Assembly: GCA_029288775.1 (NCBI GenBank)
Contig: JARIGQ010000004.1
Location: 67,303-131,302, forward strand
DNA length: 64,000 nt
Source of the DNA: Candidatus Nomurabacteria bacterium
Lineage (GTDB): Bacteria; Patescibacteriota; Minisyncoccia; Phycocordibacterales; UBA5272
Reading direction: 5' to 3'
A program made the translations under genes and the position numbers. The notes beneath the pieces were generated by a model, which did not search any database, was not told the DNA's origin, and saw only the letters and a list, made by a program, of their open reading frames with translations. Numbering within the stretch: the first letter of the stretch is position 1; each line of letters starts with the position of its first letter. Shown here piece after piece: positions 46,220 through 54,791 of the stretch.

Positions 46220-47293
46220 ATGTCAATCTCTCTTGATCTTTTCAAGGTCCTTCTCCCGGCTATTATCTCCTTTGCTATAGGTCTTATCGTCTCAGGACCG
46301 CTCATTACTATCTTAAAAAAGCATCAAATTTGGAAGAAAAAAAGTGTTAAGAACTCGATCGACGGGCAAATTGCTACTATTACTTCTACTCTTCATAATG
46401 ACGAAGAAAGAAAGCTTTTGCGTATGGGTGGCGCGGTGGTGTGGATTTCGGTGTTTACTACAACTGCTCTCTTTCTTGTTTTATCTCATGGTTTCCCTAC
46501 AGCAATTACCCAAAAGCTTGATTTTATTTCTCGAAACCAAACCTGGCTTCCGCTTGTTGCTATGTTTGTAGGAGCAATGGTAGGCGGACTGGACGATCTT
46601 CTTGTGGTGGAAGCATTTAAAGGCAGCCTTAATTCCTATATTGGCGGAGGGCTTTCATTTCCTGTGCGCTTGGCGTGTGTAGCTGCCCTTGGCATAGGTA
46701 TGGGTATGTGGTTTTTCTTCAAACTCGATGTTCATTCTATTTATATTCCTTTTCATGGAGATTATGTTGTGGGTGGACTTTTCTTCATTGTCTTTTTTGT
46801 ACTGGTTACGATTGCGCTTTTTTCGACGAGCGTCATCGATGGTGTGGACGGACTTTCGGGAGGTATCTTTTCAGCTATTTACACCGCATATGGATTCATA
46901 GCGTTTTATCAGCACCAAATCGACATCGCAGCTCTCTGCTTTATGATTGTAGGCGGCATTCTTGCTTTTTTGTGGTTTAACGTTCCACCGGCGGTATTTA
47001 TGATGGCCGAGACAGGGATTATGGCGCTCACGCTTTCACTTTCGGTTATTTCTTTTCTTACTAATTCGGTGATGTATTTGCCGGTCATTGCGCTTCCTTT
47101 GGTGATCACTACTGGCTCGGTGATTTTACAGCTTACCTGGAAGAAAGTCTTTAAAAGAAAACTTTTTCTCGTTGCTCCATTCCATCATCATCTCGAAGCA
47201 AAAGGATGGTCTAAGCCACAGGTTACTATGCGTTATTGGATTGTGTCATATATCTGTGCGCTTTTAGGTGTGGTGATTGTGCTTATAAGCTAA
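46220..47293 (+). CDS. mraY: Phospho-N-acetylmuramoyl-pentapeptide transferase
   Basis: MraY family TM topology and conserved D residues. Confidence 0.9.
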   Translation: MSISLDLFKVLLPAIISFAIGLIVSGPLITILKKHQIWKKKSVKNSIDGQIATITSTLHNDEERKLLRMGGAVVWISVFTTTALFLVLSHGFPTAITQKLDFISRNQTWLPLVAMFVGAMVGGLDDLLVVEAFKGSLNSYIGGGLSFPVRLACVAALGIGMGMWFFFKLDVHSIYIPFHGDYVVGGLFFIVFFVLVTIALFSTSVIDGVDGLSGGIFSAIYTAYGFIAFYQHQIDIAALCFMIVGGILAFLWFNVPPAVFMMAETGIMALTLSLSVISFLTNSVMYLPVIALPLVITTGSVILQLTWKKVFKRKLFLVAPFHHHLEAKGWSKPQVTMRYWIVSYICALLGVVIVLIS

Positions 47294-47296
47294 TAC

Positions 47297-48391
47297 ATGT
47301 TTGATCGAGCAGATAAGACACTTCTTACAACAACGATCATACTTCTTGTATGCGGACTTGTGGTATTTGGCTCGGCAGCATTAGGTGTACTGGCTTCCAA
47401 TGAGGCGAAGTTTTATGCAGTGATTAAAAGTCAGCTTATCTATGCTTTAGTAGGCGGAAGTATTGCGCTTATCGCAGGCTCGCTCACTCCATATCACCTC
47501 TATAAAAAATACGCATACCCATTTTTTGTAAGTGCACTTATCTTAACGCTCCTTGTATTTGTACCTGGACTTAATCAGTATCACGGGGGTGCACATAGAT
47601 GGATTGCTATTGGTTCACTATCCGTTCAGCCTTCAGAATTTCTAAAATTTGCATTCGTCACAGCCGTTGCTGCGTGGTGTACAGCCTATCGCAATAAATT
47701 TCGGGATCTCAAGTTTGGATTATATCCGTATCTCGCTGGCGCCATTATTATTTCTGGAGTGATGCTCGCTCAGCCTGACTTTGGAACGTATATGGTAATT
47801 ATGCTTTCTTCATTTGCTACTTATTTTGTGGGTGGCGCACGCAGAAAGCATATTTATATTCTTGTAGTTACAGGTTTTGTGGGTATTGTCTTGCTTATCT
47901 CTGTGCGTCCTTACATGCTTGAGCGCATCAAGACGTATCTAAATAGCGGAAATGATCCGCGAGGCTCCTCCTGGCAGCTTAATCAGGCTCTTATTGCACT
48001 TGGCGGGGGAGGGCTTACCGGGCGCGGGTTGGGGCAGAGCGTTCAGAAATTTAATTATCTTCCTGAGCAGATAGGGGATTCGGTATTTGCTGTACTTGGC
48101 GAAGAACTCGGTTTTTTGGGTGTAATTATGCTCGTCATTCTCTATGGTATAGTTGGAGTACGGGGGTATATGATTTCCAAAACCGCTGGAGACCAGTTCG
48201 GGAGATTGCTTGCAGTAGGGATTGTTTCAATCATACTTGCGCAAGCATCGCTAAATGTTTGTTCTATGCTCGGTATCTTCCCTCTCACGGGTGTTCCGCT
48301 TCCGCTTGTCTCTCACGGAGGAACAGCACTCATGGTGGTGCTGTTTGAGTTAGGAGTCCTCTTAAATATATCTAAATATCGACTCGTATGA
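47297..48391 (+). CDS. ftsW: SEDS-family peptidoglycan glycosyltransferase (FtsW/RodA)
   Basis: SEDS signature; position between mraY and murG. Confidence 0.85.
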   Translation: MFDRADKTLLTTTIILLVCGLVVFGSAALGVLASNEAKFYAVIKSQLIYALVGGSIALIAGSLTPYHLYKKYAYPFFVSALILTLLVFVPGLNQYHGGAHRWIAIGSLSVQPSEFLKFAFVTAVAAWCTAYRNKFRDLKFGLYPYLAGAIIISGVMLAQPDFGTYMVIMLSSFATYFVGGARRKHIYILVVTGFVGIVLLISVRPYMLERIKTYLNSGNDPRGSSWQLNQALIALGGGGLTGRGLGQSVQKFNYLPEQIGDSVFAVLGEELGFLGVIMLVILYGIVGVRGYMISKTAGDQFGRLLAVGIVSIILAQASLNVCSMLGIFPLTGVPLPLVSHGGTALMVVLFELGVLLNISKYRLV

Positions 48392-49491
48392 AAATCGTAA
48401 TTACAGGCGCAGGGGGAGGACATTTTTATCCGCTTATGGCGGTAGTTGAGCGCATGCATAAAGAAGCTTTCATACAGAAGATTGTTCAACCGGATGTTTA
48501 TTTTTTCTCCGATAAACCTTATGACGAAAAAGCTCTTTTTGCACAACAGATAAAATTTATTCAAGTTCCGGCAGGTAAGTTGCGCGTCTATGCTTCGCTC
48601 GCCACGATTACTGATCTCTTTAGAACGCTCTATGGCATGTTTGTTGCGGTTATCAAGTTGTATTCTCTTTATCCCGATGCTGTGTTTGCAAAAGGTGGGT
48701 ATGCAAGTTTCCCTACACTTTTCGCCGCTCGCCTCCTTTCTATTCCTGTGATTGTGCACGAAAGTGATACCGTACCAGGGAGAACAACTAAATGGGCAGG
48801 TCATTTTGCGTCCCGTATAGCCCTTTCCTATCCTGAGGCTGCTCCTTTTTACCCTAAGAGTAATACCGCGCTTACTGGTCAACCTATTCGTGATGCGCTT
48901 CTTCCACCAGAGGGTTTCGATAGGAAAGGACTTTCTCGTGAACGGCCTTGTGTGCTTGTTATTGGTGGTTCGCAAGGGAGTCGCAATTTAAATGAAGCAG
49001 TCGTACGTATTTTGCCAGAACTTCTCAATAAGTATGATGTCGTGCATCAAGCGGGAGAGGTCAATAAAGAGGAAATGAAAAAGCTTACAGATTCTATTCT
49101 CAAGGAGCACCCGTTTAGGGATCACTATTTTATGGATGGATTTATTGATATGGCTATTTTTTACCCAAAAACTGACTTTGTCATTACGCGTGCAGGTTCG
49201 ATGATGTTTGAAATTGCATTGTGGCAAATCCCAATGCTTGTAGTTCCTATCCCTGAAACAATTAGCCGTGATCAGCGATCCAATGCCTATGCTATGGCCG
49301 GCCGCGGAGTTGCTTCCGTGCTTGAAGAAAATAATCTTGCTCCAACGATTATGCTCACCGAGATTGGGCGGGTTATGGAAAACAAGGAGAATTATGAAAA
49401 GATGTCTGAGGCTGGAAAGCAGTTCGAAAATTCCCGCCATGCTGCTACAACCATCGCACGAGAACTTATTAAGATTGGATTAAGTCACTAA
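48388..49491 (+). CDS. murG: UDP-GlcNAc:lipid I GlcNAc transferase MurG
   Basis: ITGAGGGHFYP N-terminal glycine-rich motif. Confidence 0.9.
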   Translation: MKIVITGAGGGHFYPLMAVVERMHKEAFIQKIVQPDVYFFSDKPYDEKALFAQQIKFIQVPAGKLRVYASLATITDLFRTLYGMFVAVIKLYSLYPDAVFAKGGYASFPTLFAARLLSIPVIVHESDTVPGRTTKWAGHFASRIALSYPEAAPFYPKSNTALTGQPIRDALLPPEGFDRKGLSRERPCVLVIGGSQGSRNLNEAVVRILPELLNKYDVVHQAGEVNKEEMKKLTDSILKEHPFRDHYFMDGFIDMAIFYPKTDFVITRAGSMMFEIALWQIPMLVVPIPETISRDQRSNAYAMAGRGVASVLEENNLAPTIMLTEIGRVMENKENYEKMSEAGKQFENSRHAATTIARELIKIGLSH

Positions 49492-49492
49492 T

Positions 49493-50923
49493 ATGAATGA
49501 ACACAAAAAAGTAGTCACACGATTCGCTCCTTCACCTACCGGTTTCATGCATGTGGGAGGGGTTCGAACAGCACTCTATGCGTGGGCATTTGCTCGTAAG
49601 CATAACGGTACCTTCATTCTTCGTATTGAGGATACTGATAAGGCTCGCGAAGTCGAAGGATCTATTCCTCACATTATTGAATCTCTTACATGGCTTGGTA
49701 TCGAATGGGATGAAGGTGTTGATGTCGGAGGACCAAATGCTCCGTATTTACAGTCTGAACGGCTCGAGAGTTATCGTAAGTATGCTCAGATTCTTATCGA
49801 TAAGGGATACGCGTATCCAGATCCGTATTCTGAAGAAGAGCTACAAGAATTGAGACAACAAGCAGAAAGCGAAAAGAAAGTATTTTTGTATCGTGACCAT
49901 CGTCCGGAAAATACAGAAGCATGGGACGGAACTAAGCCATTGCGATTTAAGGTGCCTGAAATAAAAAGCTATACCTGGCAGGATGCTGTACGTGGAGAAC
50001 TTTCTGCAGGGCCGGAGGCGCTTGATGATTTTATCTTGATTAAAAGCGATGGCTATCCAACTTATAATTTTGCCCATATCATCGATGATCTTGAAATGGG
50101 AGTGACACATATAATGCGCGCTGATGAGTTCATTGCCTCCACTCCTAAGTTTTTGTCTTTGTATGAAGCGCTTGATATTGCTCCACCTATTCTTGTAACG
50201 CTTCCACCTATCCTTGCGCCTGAAGGTAATAAAAAGCTTGGTAAGCGAGATGGCGCAAAAGATATTTTGGAATATAGAAATGAAGGTTATCTTCCAGAGG
50301 CGATGGTTAATTTCCTTGCATTTCTCGGATGGAATCCGGGCACGGATCAAGAAGTTATGACGCCGCCAGAAATCATAGAAGCTTTTTCATTGGAACGTAT
50401 CCATAAAGCAGGTGCCATGCTTAATGAAGAAAAACTCCTTTGGCTTAACAAGGAACATATGCGTAAGCAATCTCATGATAAGCAATTGGCAGCGATTAAA
50501 CCCTATATGCCCGATTTTTCCGAGGATATGCTTAGTAAGTTGCTTCCATCCATTGTCGATCGTATCAGTACCTATGGAGAATTACGTTCGGTCGTTCAGC
50601 CAGAGTTTGGTTTTTTCTTAAGCCGACCACCACTTGAGAAGGAACGAATTCTTTACAAGGATGACGAACCAGGAGTTGCGTTGAGGCATTTGCAGCATAT
50701 AAAAGATCTTTTAGAGACGATGGATTTTTCTACACCGGAATCAATCAAAGCAAGTATTATGCCCTATGCTGAAAGTGAAGGAAAGGGGAATGTTTTGTGG
50801 CCGCTTCGTATGTCATTATCGGGTCAAGAGAAATCCGTTGATCCATTTACTATTTTGTATGTATTAGGAAAAGACGAAAGTACATCCCGTATTGAGTCTG
50901 CGTGTCACATCCTAGCTCTTTAA
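49493..50923 (+). CDS. gltX: Glutamyl-tRNA synthetase
   Basis: RFAPSPTGFMHVGG HIGH region; KLGKR. Confidence 0.92.
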   Translation: MNEHKKVVTRFAPSPTGFMHVGGVRTALYAWAFARKHNGTFILRIEDTDKAREVEGSIPHIIESLTWLGIEWDEGVDVGGPNAPYLQSERLESYRKYAQILIDKGYAYPDPYSEEELQELRQQAESEKKVFLYRDHRPENTEAWDGTKPLRFKVPEIKSYTWQDAVRGELSAGPEALDDFILIKSDGYPTYNFAHIIDDLEMGVTHIMRADEFIASTPKFLSLYEALDIAPPILVTLPPILAPEGNKKLGKRDGAKDILEYRNEGYLPEAMVNFLAFLGWNPGTDQEVMTPPEIIEAFSLERIHKAGAMLNEEKLLWLNKEHMRKQSHDKQLAAIKPYMPDFSEDMLSKLLPSIVDRISTYGELRSVVQPEFGFFLSRPPLEKERILYKDDEPGVALRHLQHIKDLLETMDFSTPESIKASIMPYAESEGKGNVLWPLRMSLSGQEKSVDPFTILYVLGKDESTSRIESACHILAL

Positions 50924-50932
50924 ACCATTAAC

Positions 50933-52228
50933 GTGTATATGCGCTTCCGATTCGTACTTCTCATTATCCTCTTCACACTTTTTTCGCTTACAAAGATTGC
51001 TCCTTCGTATGCGGAAACTGCAGATGAGCTTCAGACGAATCTTAATTCGCTCAATACTCAAATTGACGCCTTGGATCGAGAGATTGCCGAGTACAACAAA
51101 AAGATAAATGCAACGCAAGGCGAGGCAAAATCACTTAAAGCTGCACTGGCACAATTGCAGACACAGCGGGCACTTCTTGAGAAGGAAATAGAAAGTACGA
51201 CGCTTAAAATTGCTGAGACAGAGACAGTAATCACAGCTACTCAGAAAAAAATTGGCGTTACTCAGTCCAAGCTTGAAATGAATAAAAGCGCCCTTGCTGA
51301 AACCTTGCGATCTGTCGTGTATGATGACAGTAGTATTCCTCCTATTGTTCGATCACTCTCTCAGGGTGCGAAAGTATCAGATATGCTCGATGCTATAGAG
51401 CGATCTTCTAGTGTTTCTCATTCTATTCAAGAGTTGGTAGGTAATCTTCAATCGACTCAACAGGATCTTACTACTCAGAAAAATCAGTACGAAGCCAACA
51501 GACAGAAATTGGAAGATTTAAGTGCTCTGCTTAACGATAAAAAACAACTCGTCCTCCAAAATGCAGCTCAGAAGTCTACACTTCTTGTGCAGACGAATAA
51601 CAAGGAAAGCGAATACGAGCGCTTACTGGCTGAAAAGCAGGCAAAGAAGGACAGTTTGGAAAGTGAAATGCTTAATGTTGAGTCTAAACTCAAGGCATTT
51701 ACCGACCTTGCTTCGCTTCCAAAGACAGGGAAGGGGGTATTGCACTATCCGCTTGCCTCCATTAACGTTACGCAATACTTTGGTACGACCCCGTTTTCAA
51801 CCGCAAACCCTCAAGTTTATAACGGTCACGGCCATAGTGGAGTCGACTTTGCTGCGAAAGTTGGTACAGCAGTTTTTGCGGCTGGTGATGGAGTGGTCAT
51901 TGGAACTGGTAATACCGATCTTGCGTGCTCTGGTGTTTCGTATGGTAATTGGATATTGATCCAGCACCCTAATGGTCTTTCTAGCTTGTATGCTCATCTT
52001 TCTTTGATTCAGGTTAAGACCGGACAAACGGTTCACGTGGGAGACAAAATCGCACTATCTGGAAATACTGGCTACACTACTGGTCCACATCTTCACTTTG
52101 CAGTATTTGCATCTGAAGCTGTGCACGTTGCTGGTCCTACAGAATATAAATCAAAGGTATGTGGTACGTATCTTGTGATGCCACTTGCACCTGTATCGGG
52201 TTATCTTAATCCGCTTAGCTACCTGTAG
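50933..52228 (+). CDS. M23 family metallopeptidase with N-terminal coiled coil (EnvC-like but catalytically intact)
   Basis: HSGVDFAA and HLH motifs in the C-terminal LytM domain. Confidence 0.8.
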   Translation: MYMRFRFVLLIILFTLFSLTKIAPSYAETADELQTNLNSLNTQIDALDREIAEYNKKINATQGEAKSLKAALAQLQTQRALLEKEIESTTLKIAETETVITATQKKIGVTQSKLEMNKSALAETLRSVVYDDSSIPPIVRSLSQGAKVSDMLDAIERSSSVSHSIQELVGNLQSTQQDLTTQKNQYEANRQKLEDLSALLNDKKQLVLQNAAQKSTLLVQTNNKESEYERLLAEKQAKKDSLESEMLNVESKLKAFTDLASLPKTGKGVLHYPLASINVTQYFGTTPFSTANPQVYNGHGHSGVDFAAKVGTAVFAAGDGVVIGTGNTDLACSGVSYGNWILIQHPNGLSSLYAHLSLIQVKTGQTVHVGDKIALSGNTGYTTGPHLHFAVFASEAVHVAGPTEYKSKVCGTYLVMPLAPVSGYLNPLSYL

Positions 52229-52239
52229 TACACTTATTG

Positions 52240-52338
52240 TATGATTTCCTTCACGTGGCTTGGATTCATTGTTATTACTGCAATTATATTCTTTGTCGGT
52301 TTTTCTGTTTCCGTTATTTATATTGATACTAAGAAATG
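52240..52338 (+). CDS. Candidate 32-aa single-TM micropeptide
   Basis: MISFTWLGFIVITAIIFFVGFSVSVIYIDTKK; TACACT -10-like hexamer 6 nt upstream. Confidence 0.25.
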
Positions 52339-52466
52339 ATAACCATGATTACTTTTACTTATGCCGCATTCATTTGTATTGAGTTTGCAGTCTTACTGGC
52401 AGGGCTTGGCATTGGACTGTGGCTTGCAGTTACGAACAAGGTTTCTTTTTTATAGGTAGTATTTTT

Positions 52467-52484
52467 GGTTACTGCTTAGTAACT
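52467..52484. promoter_or_regulatory. Palindromic motif GGTTACTGCTTAGTAACT (hairpin GTTACT-GCTT-AGTAAC); repeated at 53614-53631
   Basis: 17/18 identical second copy downstream of the protease gene. Confidence 0.4.
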
Positions 52485-52665
52485 TCTGATGGTGATAAGG
52501 ACAGGTACTCTCCCTAGGAATACGTCGTAAAAGATATACAGAACACAAGTAGCAAAACTTGTCATTTTTATACTGAAAAAGGGGCAAAATACGACGTCAT
52601 TAGTGGTGTGAAATATACAGGTGGTTGTGTTTTGAGTATTGTTATATACTAAAAACAAACAACAC

Positions 52666-52911
52666 ATGGAAGAAAACGGAAAAGAGTTTCTTTTCAATGC
52701 TCCCAGCAACCTTTCTGACTACACTGGTCAGTTCTGTGTCTTTTTCTCTGACGAGGAAAACCCTCAAATCATAGGGTGTCATCCTATTGCTGAAGAAGCA
52801 TACAAGTTAGCAGAAAAGGTTGAAGGAGAGACAGGAAAGAAGCCGGTGGTATTAAGAGTGCAAGAAAATCCTACAAATAATATAGCTCGCGTGCTTGCTT
52901 TAAAGCACTAA
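52666..52911 (+). CDS. Hypothetical small protein
   Basis: ORF; TGtTATATACT upstream. Confidence 0.4.
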   Translation: MEENGKEFLFNAPSNLSDYTGQFCVFFSDEENPQIIGCHPIAEEAYKLAEKVEGETGKKPVVLRVQENPTNNIARVLALKH

Positions 52912-52917
52912 ATAATT

Positions 52918-53538
52918 ATGTTCTGCAGAGTCCCTTATGTGTCTACTGGAGGAAGGGCGAGACCGTATCTTGAAGTTGTGTTTGCCGACATAAGCCGAAC
53001 TAAGGAAAGCACTAAGCGTTTTGCAATGGTTGACTCCGGAGCAGATCACACAGTAATTCCATATTCGCTTGGTGTAGCTATTGGCTTAGCCGAACCAACA
53101 GCAGAAGAGACGGTATCCAGCGTCGGTGGTGTTGGTGGTAGTTCAAGTTATCTAGAGCGAGAATGCCATATTTACTTGACCAATCCACAAACGAACGAAC
53201 AGTATATCTTTAAAGAAACTGTTTGGTGGATATATCCCGACCAAGCAATGCTTGCTGAATATCAAGCTCATGTAGAAAACTATAATAAGCATGAGAACTA
53301 TCAGACGCAAACAAAGGAAGGAACTGATCTCCATGTTCACTTCGAAAACGAAAAGCAAAAGATTATTGAGGCTGTTCAAGCCATAAACAATAAATTGGAA
53401 GGAATAGATATTCTACTGGGTAGACCTTTCTTTGATAACTTTGACTTCATCCAGTTCATGCATAAGGACAGGAACAAAGAGGAAAGATGTTTCTTTAATT
53501 ACAAAGTAAACAAGAAGCGTCCAATTGAAATTAATTGA
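52918..53538 (+). CDS. Retropepsin-like (clan AA) aspartic protease
   Basis: MVDSGADHTVIP (D-S-G-A) active-site motif and downstream ILLGRPFF motif. Confidence 0.65.
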   Translation: MFCRVPYVSTGGRARPYLEVVFADISRTKESTKRFAMVDSGADHTVIPYSLGVAIGLAEPTAEETVSSVGGVGGSSSYLERECHIYLTNPQTNEQYIFKETVWWIYPDQAMLAEYQAHVENYNKHENYQTQTKEGTDLHVHFENEKQKIIEAVQAINNKLEGIDILLGRPFFDNFDFIQFMHKDRNKEERCFFNYKVNKKRPIEIN

Positions 53539-53613
53539 AATTATCAGCTTAGAAACCAGTCAAGACAAATCAGCTCAACCTCGATTCCCCCGGATGGTTG
53601 GGAAGGGGGTGAA

Positions 53614-53631
53614 GGTTACTGCTAAGTAACT
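53614..53631. promoter_or_regulatory. Second copy of the palindromic motif GGTTACTGCTAAGTAACT
   Basis: Repeat of 52467-52484. Confidence 0.4.
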
Positions 53632-53890
53632 ATAAAGCTGTCTCACAACAATCCTTTCGTCAAGATCATTCATCGACACTAAAGAAACAAGGGTAGAAAC
53701 CAGTGTAACTTTTCACGGAATGAAATAATGGAATGGATAATTGATGTCGTACAATCCTTGTTGTTGTACGACAAGATATGTGGATAGCCTAAACCCCTCT
53801 ACGGAAACGTCGTAAAAGATATATTGTGCGACATTAGCCATATATAAGACCCCTGCCAAATAAAGCTAGAAATAAGGACTAAATAAAACG

Positions 53891-53906
53891 GTGCACAATT
53901 GTGCAC
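53891..53906. promoter_or_regulatory. Perfect 16-bp palindrome GTGCACAATTGTGCAC (candidate operator)
   Basis: Perfect dyad symmetry in a 610-nt noncoding region. Confidence 0.35.
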
Positions 53907-54109
53907 AAAGTTTGCATACGCACTCTCCTGCCCCATCCTCAGTCAGAGAGTAAAAGTTTTGTAATCCTTTTTCTTTTTTTCTGATTTTGCGATTTTAAGA
54001 TTTTTGACCTAAATCGACTTTGGGTTGGTTTTTGAACCAACTAATGAATTAATGATCATAATGGTAACTTATTGGAAGCGCTCTACTATTTCAAGTTTGA
54101 GTGGCTGTA

Positions 54110-54118
54110 TGGTAGTAT
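54110..54118 (+). promoter_or_regulatory. Extended -10 TGgTAGTAT upstream of the 54149 gene (leader carries a GAGGAGGA SD)
   Basis: TGnTAnnnT. Confidence 0.4.
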
Positions 54119-54148
54119 CAAGTCTTCAGTTCGTTTTGAGGAGGACAC

Positions 54149-54643
54149 ATGAGTTTATTGTTTGCGGGAGCATATCCGATGGGAACCGGTACAGCAAAAA
54201 CGGATGACGATCGTAAGGAGTGCATTCGTGAGACACTTCCATCGGCACTTCCTCCGATGAAGATGTGGTCGGAGGTCAAACCTGACGCGCCGGAGACTTT
54301 CGTTGTCATGAAAAAAGATGATCCGGATCGCTTCGTTCTCATGCGCCGGAATTTCGAAGGTTATCAATGGCGTGTGTACGGTATCCGCCAACCCGAGCTC
54401 CTTCTTTCTGAAGAAACCCGCAGAGCTGTTAAGCAGCTGGCGCGAGATGGTTTCGACGTAGAAGTGCGCGTCATTGGTGCGCTCCAAGTGGGTAAGCACA
54501 CTCTTTATCGGACGCGTACACAGCCCTATTGGTCCTATCTTCAGGATCATGCAGCTCAAGAAAACCTTCCAACTTCCGTGGAGGCCGAAAGTTTTCCCTC
54601 GGATTGGCGAGAAGTGCTTGCTAATTACGCGTATACACATTAG
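54149..54643 (+). CDS. Hypothetical protein, higher GC, strong SD
   Basis: GAGGAGGA 3 nt upstream of the ATG; preferred over the antisense shadow ORF. Confidence 0.5.
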   Translation: MSLLFAGAYPMGTGTAKTDDDRKECIRETLPSALPPMKMWSEVKPDAPETFVVMKKDDPDRFVLMRRNFEGYQWRVYGIRQPELLLSEETRRAVKQLARDGFDVEVRVIGALQVGKHTLYRTRTQPYWSYLQDHAAQENLPTSVEAESFPSDWREVLANYAYTH

Positions 54644-54659
54644 TGTGCACTCAGTTTTT

Positions 54660-54688
54660 CAGAGGACTCCTATGGGGTCCTTTTATTT
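54660..54688 (+). terminator. Intrinsic terminator
   Basis: AGGACTCC-TATG-GGGTCCT hairpin followed by TTTATTTT. Confidence 0.6.
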
Positions 54689-54713
54689 TACTCTAGAAAA
54701 AAGCCTGAAAATG

Positions 54714-54722
54714 TGGTATAAT
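54714..54722 (+). promoter_or_regulatory. Extended -10 TGgTATAAT upstream of the efflux operon
   Basis: Perfect TGnTATAAT. Confidence 0.45.
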
Positions 54723-54791
54723 TCCCCTGTTATACCTATACGCAATCTTATGAACCGACATCTCTCAAAAATAATAGGAGATGCTAGCGAT

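Noticed and set aside
53581-53640. tmRNA or tRNA T-arm-like TCGATTCCCCC and an anticodon-arm-like GTTAC-TGCTAAG-GTAAC
   Set aside because: There is no complementary GGGGG 5' arm, no acceptor stem and no D-arm. The hairpin is better explained as the repeated palindromic motif.
54155-54640. 161-aa - strand ORF fully antisense to the 54149..54643 gene
   Set aside because: It is a shadow ORF in a GC-richer gene. The + strand frame has a strong SD and promoter, and the - frame lacks a start context.
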